Assembly (NCBI GenBank): GCA_045613925.1
Contig: JAZLBV010000007.1
Coordinates: forward strand, 11,540-75,539
DNA from: Candidatus Enterousia sp.
GTDB taxonomy: Bacteria; Pseudomonadota; Alphaproteobacteria; Rs-D84
DNA: 64,000 nt
Direction of reading: 5' to 3'
A program made the position numbers and the translations under genes. This document shows positions 28,485 through 37,483 of this stretch, piece by piece (position 1 is the stretch's first letter; every line of letters begins with the position of its first letter). The notes beneath the pieces are model-generated. The model was not told the origin of the DNA. It saw nothing but the letters and a program-made list of their open reading frames with translations, and ran no database searches.

Positions 28485-29909
28485 TTATTGTTTTTTTACC
28501 AACTTGAAACCGTCGGTCGTATCCATAACCGTCCAACCTGCCACATCAATTTGATTACGCAGGTTATCAGCCGTCGTAAAATCCCGTGATTTTTTTGCGT
28601 TAAAACGTTGTTGGGCTAAATTTTGGATTTCTTGTGGTGCCGTTTCAGATTCCAAATCATGTAATTTTTTGGCATTCTCGATAAATTTTAATCCCAATAA
28701 ATCATCAACAAATTTTACCAATGCCAATTTTGTCGCAGAATTTATATCTTTTTGTTTCAATAAATCCTGAAATACCACCAAAGATTCAGCAGTTTTTAAA
28801 TTGTCAGACATTGGAGCCAAAATTTTATCGTGCCATTGTTGGTATGTTTCTGAATCAATTTTATCGTTATTATTGTTCATCAAATCAGCGATTTTGCGTA
28901 CCAAGTTTTTATAACCTGTTGCCGCGGCATCTAATGCTTCGAAAGAAAAAGCCATTTGTGATTGAAAATGTCCCAAAACCACCCAATAACGATAAATTAT
29001 TGGGTCTATATTGCGGTCACGAAGAGCGTTCATCCCTAAAAAATCGCCCTTTGATTTAGCCATTTTTTCACCACTTTTATCCAACAAAAAACCAAAATGC
29101 ACCCAATAATTTACCCAGGGTTTGCCAACTATGGGTTCAGATTGTGCAATTTCATTATTGTGGTGGACGCGTGATAAATCTTCACCACCGGAGTGAATAT
29201 CAAAATGGTCACCAAGCAATTTCATACTCATAGCACAGCATTCTGTGTGCCAGCCCGGGAACCCAACACCCCACGGAGAATCCCATTCCATTTGGCGTTT
29301 TTCATTTTTTGGCGAAAATTTCCACAGTGCAAAATCTGTTGGATTCTTTTTTTCGTTGTTGAATTCTATACGTGCACCAGCACGCTGTCCCGCCAAAGAT
29401 CCACCGGTTAATATGCCATAATCAACAAACTTAGATGTGTCATAGTAAATCCCATCATCTGGAATTTCGTATGTATATCCCATTTTTTCAAGTTTTTGAA
29501 TCAATTCAATTTGTTCGGTAATATAATCAGTGGCGTGTGGCATATCAGTAGGACGCATATTATTTAACGCATCTGTATCACGTAAAAATTCATCCAGATA
29601 GAATTTAGCAATATCCCATACAGACTTATTATCGCGGGCGGCGCCCTTTTCCATTTTATCTTCGCCAGAATCATTATCTTCGTCTGTTAAATGACCAACA
29701 TCTGTAATATTCATAACGTGATGCACATCAAATCCGTTTGCAAGAAACATACGTTTTAACAAATCATTATGAATCATTGTCTTTAAATTTCCCAAATGTG
29801 CATAATGGTAAACCGTAGGACCACAAGAATAAAAACCAACGTGATTGGGTTGCAGCGGCACAAAATCTTCTATTTTGCGGGACATCGTATTATATAATCT
29901 GATTTGCAT
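28485..29909 (-). CDS. cysS: cysteine--tRNA ligase
   Basis: HIGH-type 'HYAHLGNL', KMSKS-type 'KMAKSKG' and 'GWHTECCAM' are present. Confidence 0.95.
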   Translation of the reverse strand: MQIRLYNTMSRKIEDFVPLQPNHVGFYSCGPTVYHYAHLGNLKTMIHNDLLKRMFLANGFDVHHVMNITDVGHLTDEDNDSGEDKMEKGAARDNKSVWDIAKFYLDEFLRDTDALNNMRPTDMPHATDYITEQIELIQKLEKMGYTYEIPDDGIYYDTSKFVDYGILTGGSLAGQRAGARIEFNNEKKNPTDFALWKFSPKNEKRQMEWDSPWGVGFPGWHTECCAMSMKLLGDHFDIHSGGEDLSRVHHNNEIAQSEPIVGKPWVNYWVHFGFLLDKSGEKMAKSKGDFLGMNALRDRNIDPIIYRYWVVLGHFQSQMAFSFEALDAAATGYKNLVRKIADLMNNNNDKIDSETYQQWHDKILAPMSDNLKTAESLVVFQDLLKQKDINSATKLALVKFVDDLLGLKFIENAKKLHDLESETAPQEIQNLAQQRFNAKKSRDFTTADNLRNQIDVAGWTVMDTTDGFKLVKKQ

Positions 29910-29972
29910 AGTAAAAAATCCTTTGGTTTACGGGCTATGTTAATGAATTATGAACAAAAAAGCAATATAAAA

Positions 29973-31400
29973 TCAGAATTTTTGGCGCATAGTAAATTCT
30001 GTGGTCCATTTTTCATATTCGCGCGAATGAATATTTGAATCGCGATTAGTATATGAAAATGTCAAAGTTGGTACAAATCCCCAAAAATCTATCTTGTTAT
30101 TCGACACAGACAAAGTATATCTTTGTGTAAAATCGCGTTCTGTTATTGGTTTATAATCATTGTCCTGGACAACCCAACGTGGTCCATCATAATTAGTCCA
30201 CGAAAAAGACGGTTCAAAATACACACTAAATCCCCAAGGGATTTCTGCACCAAATCCAATACCCGTACTATATCGCCAATTAGCATAAACTTCTTTCTTA
30301 GCAGTATCTCTGTCCAAGCCACCGCGCAAAACAATATATTTAGTAGAATCAATAGAATACGAAATATACGGTGCAACAGAATATGTTTGGCCGTTCATAT
30401 AATCACCATATTCATCATAATCATTATTTAACACGCGCAAAGACAATCCGGATGACAATTTACGATTCCAATCGTAATGCGTGTCTATTTTTCCACCAAG
30501 CGACCAATTATACCTGTCCCAACCATACCAACGACGGGATGCAATACCTGCCAACCAAACATCACCCCTTTCCCAAATATAACGTGGTCCAGATGACAGT
30601 GAAACATACAAATCATCAAATTTATGTTTGTTGTATATGTTTGAATAAATGTTAGCTTCGTTTTTTAGACGCCAATGGTCTGACAAAACGAATTCATAAT
30701 TTCCACCCAAAAGTAGATTATAACCCACAGCTTTTTCCGGCTGGGTATATGGGGTGCAACCTGAAAAATACCCCATAAAGCCTTCCAGACATTCTTCACC
30801 CCCAGATGCCTGGTTCACGTTATTATCTGGGGCGGCACCAAAATTAAACCAAACATTCCAACGTTTGTTTTTGCGGGCAATATAACGATAATACATCATT
30901 TGTTGTTTTATAACATCTGGAATATCTTTACCCGCCATAGCAAGCCGCAAATGGTAATCCGCACGATACCATTGTTTTTTTGCCATATAACAAAGCGCCA
31001 ATTCATACCGAATTTTGACTAAATCTGGTTGGTCATCAAGAATTTTTTTATATATTTTGATTGCTTCATCAATATTACCACGACGCTGTTCAATTTGTGC
31101 AAGCAAATACCAACGTTCAATTTCAACAGGCAAATTATTAGTTTGTGGCATTTTTGTTAAAATTTGTAATGCCTGGTCATATTCACCGTGGTCAACAAAT
31201 TGCCCTGCGATTTTTACAGCGTTTAATGCCGACATTGTTATAGTTTGTGTTTTTGTATCCTTTTGCTTTTTTATAGTATCGTCCGAACCAGTTTTTGTTA
31301 TTTCTGATTTGGTTGTTTTTGCCTGTGTCTCGTCAGCCCAGGATTGAATTCCCAGGCAACAAACACACATTACCAACAAAGATGAAATAAATCTTTTCAA
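29973..31400 (-). CDS. outer-membrane TPR + DUF560-type beta-barrel protein (Slam-like surface lipoprotein assembly modulator)
   Basis: It has a signal peptide and TPR-like helices ('GEYDQALQIL', 'RGNIDEAIKIYKKIL'). A ~300-aa alternating-aromatic barrel region ends in '...FTMRQKF'. The start is uncertain: TTG 31400 or 31406. The track's GTG 31469 lies inside a terminator stem. Confidence 0.6.
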   Translation of the reverse strand: MKRFISSLLVMCVCCLGIQSWADETQAKTTKSEITKTGSDDTIKKQKDTKTQTITMSALNAVKIAGQFVDHGEYDQALQILTKMPQTNNLPVEIERWYLLAQIEQRRGNIDEAIKIYKKILDDQPDLVKIRYELALCYMAKKQWYRADYHLRLAMAGKDIPDVIKQQMMYYRYIARKNKRWNVWFNFGAAPDNNVNQASGGEECLEGFMGYFSGCTPYTQPEKAVGYNLLLGGNYEFVLSDHWRLKNEANIYSNIYNKHKFDDLYVSLSSGPRYIWERGDVWLAGIASRRWYGWDRYNWSLGGKIDTHYDWNRKLSSGLSLRVLNNDYDEYGDYMNGQTYSVAPYISYSIDSTKYIVLRGGLDRDTAKKEVYANWRYSTGIGFGAEIPWGFSVYFEPSFSWTNYDGPRWVVQDNDYKPITERDFTQRYTLSVSNNKIDFWGFVPTLTFSYTNRDSNIHSREYEKWTTEFTMRQKF

Positions 31401-31454
31401 AACCAATCTTTTTATAGTAAAGGAATGATAGAAAAAAATTATGAATATTTCTAT

Positions 31455-31480
31455 AAAAAAATCCCCCACAAAAGTGGGGA
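31455..31480 (-). terminator. intrinsic terminator between the lipoprotein gene and the Slam-like gene
   Basis: On the minus strand: ccccac-tttt-gtgggg followed by T7. Confidence 0.55.
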
Positions 31481-31503
31481 ATTTTCATTTTTTTTTTCTT
31501 TTT

Positions 31504-32868
31504 TTAGTCTGCTTTTCCACCAAAGGCACCATAGATTGCAACTTCGTTATGAACAGTGTTATCATTAGAATGGTATTCTTCACTAAATCCAAAACGAGAT
31601 GTTGCTTCTGGGTCATTCGGATTTATGCCGTAAACATTTGCTTCGGCACTTCCGCCAACACGGTGGTTGTCGTCTGTGTGTTTAGCATATTGTTGATCGT
31701 ATGCCTGCCAATCAGATGTATCAAAAGACACTGTTTGCGCGCCACTTGGCAAATCAAATCCAGTGATAGTATTTGTTCCGCCAACTGTAAATGTCGGTGC
31801 ACCATCTGCATCCTTTGCCACAGTCAATGTGTACCAATGACCAGTATGTTCTGAATCAGCGGCAGCCAAATTATCCATAACCAATTCAAAATGACCATCG
31901 GTGTTCATTGTTAATGTTGCGTCGTCTTGGCGAACCAAAGCACCAGCATCGTCTTCGCCTGTTTGTTTGTGATCTATACCAGCAATAACAGTTCCAGTAA
32001 ATGTTGTATTAGCTGGCAATGCGCTGGGGTCTATCTTAATGGAATCGTATCCGCCCACATATGGGGTATATGATTCGCCTTCGCCTACGATGGTCAATTT
32101 AGCAAAACCAAGGTCAGCATATCTTAAACCTTTGTCCACACCTTCAATTGTTAATGTCGCGTGTGCTGATTCTGGTGCCCCAAATGAAGTCATCGCATTA
32201 ATTCTTGCCGCATAGGTTGTATATGCGTCTTCTATGATAGCATCATTAGAATCATCTGGTTGTGATGCTTTTAATTTGTCTAATTCCCGGCGCAATTTAG
32301 CTAGCAATCTTTCTTTGATTGCAGCGGTTGATAAATTGCCATCATCGTTCGTAAAATCAATACCGTGATGAAAATGCGCAGATACAATTTCTGATACACC
32401 GTTCGTATAATCTAATTCTGTTTCACTGATACCATACGAATACAATGTTTTTTCAAAGGCAGTATCCGATGTGCGTTCAAAACGTCCCTCTTCGCTAAGC
32501 GCGTATGTTGGATCGCCTGTAAAATCATCACTTCTGTCATATTTACCAAGGGCAATTATCTTACCACTTTCATCAAGTTCAAATTTGACCAACGAATCTT
32601 CGCCCCCCATTTTAAACGTAACATCGTCTAGTCTGTACGATGTGTAATCTTGCCCGTTATAACGCACCGTTGATGAACGCGACATAGATGGTGTAATAAT
32701 CGACCCATCTGCACCCACTAATATTTCTGAGGCCATAGACGTAATTTTTTTATTGCTTTGAACAGCTTCGTCAGAAACCGCCTGGCGTGTTGGAACCCCG
32801 CCGCCGCCAGAGCCGCCGCCACAGGCAGTCAGCACCAAAATAGATGTTAAAATTATGTATCGTTTCAT
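31504..32868 (-). CDS. surface-lipoprotein candidate (TbpB/fHbp-like C-terminal barrel), putative Slam substrate
   Basis: It has the lipobox 'LTAC' followed by the Gly linker 'GGGSGGGG'. The C-terminus '...EVAIYGAFGGKAD' resembles the terminal strand of neisserial SLP 8-stranded barrels. Confidence 0.6.
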   Translation of the reverse strand: MKRYIILTSILVLTACGGGSGGGGVPTRQAVSDEAVQSNKKITSMASEILVGADGSIITPSMSRSSTVRYNGQDYTSYRLDDVTFKMGGEDSLVKFELDESGKIIALGKYDRSDDFTGDPTYALSEEGRFERTSDTAFEKTLYSYGISETELDYTNGVSEIVSAHFHHGIDFTNDDGNLSTAAIKERLLAKLRRELDKLKASQPDDSNDAIIEDAYTTYAARINAMTSFGAPESAHATLTIEGVDKGLRYADLGFAKLTIVGEGESYTPYVGGYDSIKIDPSALPANTTFTGTVIAGIDHKQTGEDDAGALVRQDDATLTMNTDGHFELVMDNLAAADSEHTGHWYTLTVAKDADGAPTFTVGGTNTITGFDLPSGAQTVSFDTSDWQAYDQQYAKHTDDNHRVGGSAEANVYGINPNDPEATSRFGFSEEYHSNDNTVHNEVAIYGAFGGKAD

Positions 32869-33012
32869 ATCGTCCTTTCCTTTGGTTAGAAAATTAAACC
32901 ATCCAACAGTTTGTTGGTCTTGTTGTAATTATAAAGTATATGGAATATCAAAGGCAAATGTTTTTTGTTTTTATCGCTGTATTCTAATAATCAAAAAAGT
33001 ATAAATTTCTGA

Positions 33013-33041
33013 TTGCATTTAACAAACAGTTTATATATAAT
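33013..33041 (+). promoter_or_regulatory. putative sigma70 promoter of tRNA-Ser(GCU)
   Basis: TTGCAT, 17 nt, TATAAT. It ends 11 nt before the tRNA 5' end. Confidence 0.45.
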
Positions 33042-33052
33042 ACCACACATTC

Positions 33053-33141
33053 GGAGCGTTGGCAGAGTGGTAATGCAGCGGATTGCTAATCCGTGACCGT
33101 GTTATAGCGGTCCATAGGTTCGAGTCCTATACGCTCCGCCA
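33053..33141 (+). tRNA. tRNA-Ser (anticodon GCU)
   Basis: Acceptor GGAGCGT/ACGCTCC, anticodon loop TTGCTAA, long variable arm (gaccg...cggtc), T-arm ATAGG-TTCGAGT-CCTAT, encoded CCA. Confidence 0.92.
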
Positions 33142-33178
33142 CAAAAAATTAAACACCCAAGCGGGTGTTTTTATTTTT

Positions 33179-33374
33179 GTGATGTGGAAAGTTAGGACGA
33201 AGAACCGGACAAGTTGCGAAGCAACGAAGGTTCGACAATGAGTTGATGTTTGCAAACGAAAGTATAGCGAACATCAAACGAATGCCGCGCAGCAACATAT
33301 ATCATATGTTAGCAAGCGAGTCCTATACGCTCCGCCACAAAAAATTAAACACCCAAGCGGGTGTTTTTATTTTT
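33179..33374 (+). repeat. tRNA-Ser 3'-associated unit: 138-bp insert plus an exact 58-bp duplicate of the tRNA 3' end and terminator
   Basis: 33317-33374 is identical to 33121-33178 (T-loop 3' half, acceptor 3' strand, CCA and terminator). The intervening 33179-33316 contains AGGTTCGA (33228-33235) and two hairpins. Confidence 0.8.
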
Positions 33375-33438
33375 TATCGTGCAAAACATTGACAAAACAC
33401 ATTTTGTGTATTATATATAATGTGTGATAGGGGGACGT

Positions 33439-33939
33439 ATGCAAACTTATTATAAAATTATTACTGAAAATGCTTGGTTTCGTAGAATCTATAAAATGGA
33501 TGATTCGTTAACTGTTCCGTTTGGGACACAAGTGGTCGCGCTGGATCCCTTTGTAGATGACGAAAGCTATACCACCGGCAGAAACGGACGTTGGTACATA
33601 GATAAACCTGTAATACATTTTTGTGATAATGCATTTGATACTATGTTATGGCATCGCGTGTTAACTGGGACTATTCGTCCAAAGAAACATCAGATATATA
33701 TTGTTAAACCCCTTACTCCGATAATCAAAGAAAGATGTACGGATGACTTAGGTTTTTATCAATGTGGGGCGAACAAGATTGAATTCCTTAGCAAAGTTGA
33801 TGTGAACGATATGTATGATTTAGCCATCGCTGATTTTCGTGAAAACCATAATGAAAAAATGAAAGAATATCCGAATTTGCAAATGACAAAAATTCTTTCA
33901 GATTGGCTTAAACACAAACAATCAGATTATATTTATTAA
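33439..33939 (+). CDS. hypothetical protein (166 aa)
   Basis: ORF with GGGGGA 4 nt upstream of ATG 33439. No motif recognised. Confidence 0.5.
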   Translation: MQTYYKIITENAWFRRIYKMDDSLTVPFGTQVVALDPFVDDESYTTGRNGRWYIDKPVIHFCDNAFDTMLWHRVLTGTIRPKKHQIYIVKPLTPIIKERCTDDLGFYQCGANKIEFLSKVDVNDMYDLAIADFRENHNEKMKEYPNLQMTKILSDWLKHKQSDYIY

Positions 33940-33969
33940 AAAAAACCGTCAAAACTGACGGTTTTTTTT
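33938..33969. terminator. bidirectional terminator (33439 ORF / accDA)
   Basis: A8, hairpin ccgtca-aaac-tgacgg, then T8. Confidence 0.7.
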
Positions 33970-35707
33970 ATACCTGTTTATCTTCGGGAACGTGATCTGG
34001 TTGATATATTTCAACATCTCGCGTCATAGCAAGGAATTTCTTAGCGCGTTCTTGTGGTAATTCAGATACAGGTGTTTCCTGTAATTCCACAATTGCATCT
34101 GCAACAGATTTTGCAACCAGTTCCATAGTTGTTTGCCAATCTTTTTGTGCACCACCCGCGGGTTCAGAGATTATTTTATCTATGACATTTAACGATGCCA
34201 TATCACGTGCTGTCAATTTCAATGCTGTTGCCGCTTGGGCTTTGAATTTATTATCTTTCCACAAAATACTGGCGCAAGATTCGGGCGCAATAACTGAATA
34301 TATTGCGTTTTCTAACATCATAACCCTGTCGCCGGTACCAATTGCAATTGCACCACCAGAGCCACCTTCGCCTACATTAACAGCAACATACGGCGCAGCC
34401 ATTTTTAATCCCATTGCAATAGTTGATGCAACCGCCTGGGATTGTCCGCGCTCTTCAGCAGCACCACCCGCAAAAGCACCAGCAGTATCAAACAACGATA
34501 TTAAGGGTAAATTGAATTTTTCAGCCAACCTCATCATACGTTGCGCTTTGCGATAGCCCTCTGGATTAGGCATACCAAAACGATGTTGCTGACGGGTTTC
34601 TATGGTACGTCCTTTTTCCTGGCCAATTATAACAGCTGGGATACCATACCAATAACCAATACCGGAACCCATTGCCGCATCTTCGCCAAAATATCTATCC
34701 CCTGCAAGGTATGACCAATTATCCACAATACCTGCAACATAATCCAAAAAGTGCGGTCTGTTTTCATTTCGCGCCATTAATACACGATCATATTCAGGCG
34801 TCTTACCAAAGTCGCGCGATTTTTTCGGCGCATCAAATTTTGGTGTTTTAACATCTATGGTTTTTGCTTCACGTGGCTGTTTAGTCAAGACCGATAAAAC
34901 ACGTTCAATTGCAGATTTTAATTCAACACGTGGAACAACCATATCGACCATACCGTGATCATATAAATAATCAGCAGTTTGGAAATTGGACGGCAATTTT
35001 TCATGAATATTTTGTTCAATAACACGACGACCTGCAAATCCTACCCTGGCGCCAGATTCTGCAATATGAATATCCCCCAACATTGCAAACGAAGCCGTTA
35101 CCCCGCCAAACGTTGGGTCTGTTAAAACAACAATATATGGTAATTTGTTTTCGTGTAATTTATTCACTGCAATAGTAGTGCGCGCCATTTGCATCAATGC
35201 CAAGATGTTTTCTTGCATACGAGCGCCACCACTGCAAGTAACCATAATAAATGGATTTTTTAATTCAATTGCGTGTTCAATACTGGCAACAATCGCATCA
35301 CCTGCTGCACGTCCCATTGACCCCATCATAAAATCACCGTTCATCACGCAAACAGTAGAATTTATATCACCTATTTTACCATCCGCAGTTGATATAGCGT
35401 CATTTGTACCGGTGTCATTACGTGCCTCAGCCAATCTGTCTTTGTATGAAACACGGTCAGAAAAATCCAACGGGTCATCAGTGTTAACTGGTAATTCAAA
35501 TTTCTGGTAATTTACATCATCAAACAACAAATCAAATCTTTGTTTTGGTGTCATTATAAATGCACGACCACAACGCGGACATACGTAATTATTATTTTTA
35601 TAATCTTTATAGAACACCAATCGACCACACGCTTCGCATTTTATCCACATCAAACGACGAACACGTTCGTATCTATCGCGATTATGATTTTTTATTCCAA
35701 CTGACAT
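33968..35707 (-). CDS. accD/accA: acetyl-CoA carboxylase carboxyltransferase, fused beta (AccD) and alpha (AccA) subunits
   Basis: It has the N-terminal AccD zinc ribbon 'CEACGRLVFYKDYKNNNYVCPRCGRAF' and CT-beta core ('MGSMG', 'SGGARMQE'). The AccA-like half follows ('GGAFAGGAAEERGQ', 'GEGGSGGA') in one 579-aa ORF. Confidence 0.88.
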   Translation of the reverse strand: MSVGIKNHNRDRYERVRRLMWIKCEACGRLVFYKDYKNNNYVCPRCGRAFIMTPKQRFDLLFDDVNYQKFELPVNTDDPLDFSDRVSYKDRLAEARNDTGTNDAISTADGKIGDINSTVCVMNGDFMMGSMGRAAGDAIVASIEHAIELKNPFIMVTCSGGARMQENILALMQMARTTIAVNKLHENKLPYIVVLTDPTFGGVTASFAMLGDIHIAESGARVGFAGRRVIEQNIHEKLPSNFQTADYLYDHGMVDMVVPRVELKSAIERVLSVLTKQPREAKTIDVKTPKFDAPKKSRDFGKTPEYDRVLMARNENRPHFLDYVAGIVDNWSYLAGDRYFGEDAAMGSGIGYWYGIPAVIIGQEKGRTIETRQQHRFGMPNPEGYRKAQRMMRLAEKFNLPLISLFDTAGAFAGGAAEERGQSQAVASTIAMGLKMAAPYVAVNVGEGGSGGAIAIGTGDRVMMLENAIYSVIAPESCASILWKDNKFKAQAATALKLTARDMASLNVIDKIISEPAGGAQKDWQTTMELVAKSVADAIVELQETPVSELPQERAKKFLAMTRDVEIYQPDHVPEDKQV

Positions 35708-35710
35708 TTT

Positions 35711-35989
35711 TTATCCGTTCATTTTTTTTGTTAATTCACGACTTGGCTTAAACAATATTGTTTTGTTTTCAGGTAAAAATATAGTTTCACCCGTAGATGG
35801 GTTATAGCCGTTTTTTGTTGCGCGTGTTCGCGGTTGAAATGTTCCAAAACCACGTATTTCAATTCTGTTGTCGTCCGCAATTGCGTTCATCATTTCACCC
35901 AAAACCGTATCCAACATAGCCATTGCATCACTGGTGCGCATATTAGTATATTGAACCTGTAAACTTCTTATAATATCTGACCGTTTCAT
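35711..35989 (-). CDS. ihfB: integration host factor subunit beta (HU/IHF family)
   Basis: 'RIEIRGFGTFQPRTRATKNGYNPSTGE...FKPSRELTKK' is present. Confidence 0.78.
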   Translation of the reverse strand: MKRSDIIRSLQVQYTNMRTSDAMAMLDTVLGEMMNAIADDNRIEIRGFGTFQPRTRATKNGYNPSTGETIFLPENKTILFKPSRELTKKMNG

Positions 35990-36146
35990 CGTGTAAATAT
36001 TCCCTTTTGTCTTCATTATACCACACATTATGATAGCATATTTTATAAAAAATAAAGTTTTTTCTTATAATTATTTGTTTTTTGTGAAAAGACCCCTATG
36101 GGATTTTAAGACACAAGCTGATAATATATTAAAAAAGGAGTTTTTT

Positions 36147-36884
36147 ATGCACGATTGCGATTTGAATAAAAATATTGAATACAAAATGCCTCTTATCGGT
36201 GATATGGCACCACATTTTGTGGCACACACTACAAATGGGGTAGTAAAATTTCCAGAAGATTACAAAAATCGTTGGGTTATATTGTTTTCACATCCATTGG
36301 ATTTTACCCCAGTTTGCACATCTGAATTTATAGCATTTCAATCAGAAATCAAAGAATTTCAAAAAATGAACACAGATATTTTAGGACTTTCTGTTGGTGC
36401 AATAAATTCACATCTGGCGTGGTTTCGGGCTATTTATGAAAACATAGAATTTAATGGTTTAAAAAACGTAAATATAACCTTCCCTGTCATAGAAGATTTA
36501 GATATGAAAATTGCCAAATTGTACGGTATGATTCATCCGCACGCGTCTGATACAAAAACTGTTCGTGCAATATTTATAATTGACCCAAATGGAATCATTC
36601 GCACTATTTTGTATTATCCCCAAACCACAGGGCGCAATATATCGGAAATCAAACGCGTTCTGATGGCTTTGCAGACAACAGATGCTTTTGGCGTTCCGAC
36701 ACCTGCAAATTGGATACCCGGGGCAAATGTTATAGAACCAACCCCAAAGACCCGCGACGATATGGACAAACGTATGAAAACAAAAGACAAAGATTTAGAT
36801 GTTCAATCTTGGTTTTTTACTTTGCGTACATTACCAGAATCAAAGATTTTTGAAAAAATACTAAGAAAAACACAGAAACGTTAA
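36147..36884 (+). CDS. peroxiredoxin (1-Cys/Prx6-like)
   Basis: 'WVILFSHPLDFTPVCTSEF' is present. AAGGAG lies 6 nt upstream of ATG 36147. Confidence 0.9.
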   Translation: MHDCDLNKNIEYKMPLIGDMAPHFVAHTTNGVVKFPEDYKNRWVILFSHPLDFTPVCTSEFIAFQSEIKEFQKMNTDILGLSVGAINSHLAWFRAIYENIEFNGLKNVNITFPVIEDLDMKIAKLYGMIHPHASDTKTVRAIFIIDPNGIIRTILYYPQTTGRNISEIKRVLMALQTTDAFGVPTPANWIPGANVIEPTPKTRDDMDKRMKTKDKDLDVQSWFFTLRTLPESKIFEKILRKTQKR

Positions 36885-37228
36885 AATTTTAGTGGCAAAT
36901 CACTTAAATTTTCTGGGGCAGAAATTCCGCCGGGACGCCATCTGTATTTTTCAACATCTATTTTGCCATCTTTTGTAAAGCCTACACCTTCGGCGGTTAA
37001 TAAATCACGTTGAACCTGTTCCCATTGACCGTCCCACAAACGTCCGTCTGAGAAAGTTAATCTGTGCCACGGCAAATCGTCAGATTCACAAGCTGCATTC
37101 ATTGCATAACCCACAAATCGTGCAGCCCGTGGATGCCCCAACATTTTTGCTATATCGCCATACGTAGAAACCGTTCCAGCAGGAATTTTTGCAACTAAAT
37201 CGTAAACCTGTTGATAAAAACCTTTCAT
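36881..37228 (-). CDS. alkyltransferase-like (ATL) protein / MGMT-family DNA-binding domain without the Cys acceptor
   Basis: 'TYGDIAKMLGHPRAARFVGYAM' is present. 'LPWHRL' replaces the PCHR active site (Trp instead of Cys), as in ATL/YbaZ proteins. Confidence 0.75.
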   Translation of the reverse strand: MKGFYQQVYDLVAKIPAGTVSTYGDIAKMLGHPRAARFVGYAMNAACESDDLPWHRLTFSDGRLWDGQWEQVQRDLLTAEGVGFTKDGKIDVEKYRWRPGGISAPENLSDLPLKF

Positions 37229-37308
37229 AAAAATTTCCTTTATTGTTCGTTATTATATACTAGAAAATGTGTGAATCATATAGGTTTTTTTGTATAAAAA
37301 TTAAACGA

Positions 37309-37336
37309 TTGATTTTTTATTTCATTTATATATAAT
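37309..37336 (+). promoter_or_regulatory. putative sigma70 promoter of tRNA-Ser(CGA)
   Basis: TTGATT, 16 nt, TATAAT. Confidence 0.4.
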
Positions 37337-37356
37337 TTGTCCAGCAAAAGCAATAC

Positions 37357-37447
37357 GGAGACGTGGCAGAGCTGGTTGAATGCGCGCGACTCGAAATCGC
37401 GTATACAGGCAACTGTATCAAGGGTTCGAACCCCTTCGTCTCCGCCA
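37357..37447 (+). tRNA. tRNA-Ser (anticodon CGA)
   Basis: Acceptor GGAGACG/CGTCTCC, anticodon loop CTCGAAA, long variable arm, T-loop GGTTCGAACCC, encoded CCA. Confidence 0.9.
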
Positions 37448-37483
37448 CCAGATTTCACCTGATATTCAAAAAAGGTGTGTCAT

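Noticed and set aside
31401-31469. GTG 31469 as the start of the Slam-like gene (the track ORF start).
   Set aside because: The GTG lies within the stem of the terminator hairpin (ccccac-tttt-gtgggg plus T7) that follows the upstream lipoprotein gene. The first 23 residues are not signal-peptide-like. TTG 31400 or 31406 gives a proper signal peptide.
37276-37458. 60-aa minus-strand ORF.
   Set aside because: It lies entirely over tRNA-Ser(CGA). The same logic applies to ORFs 7607-7837 and 7443-7700 (over tRNA-Gly CCC and its flanks) and 42482-42700 (over tRNA-Arg).
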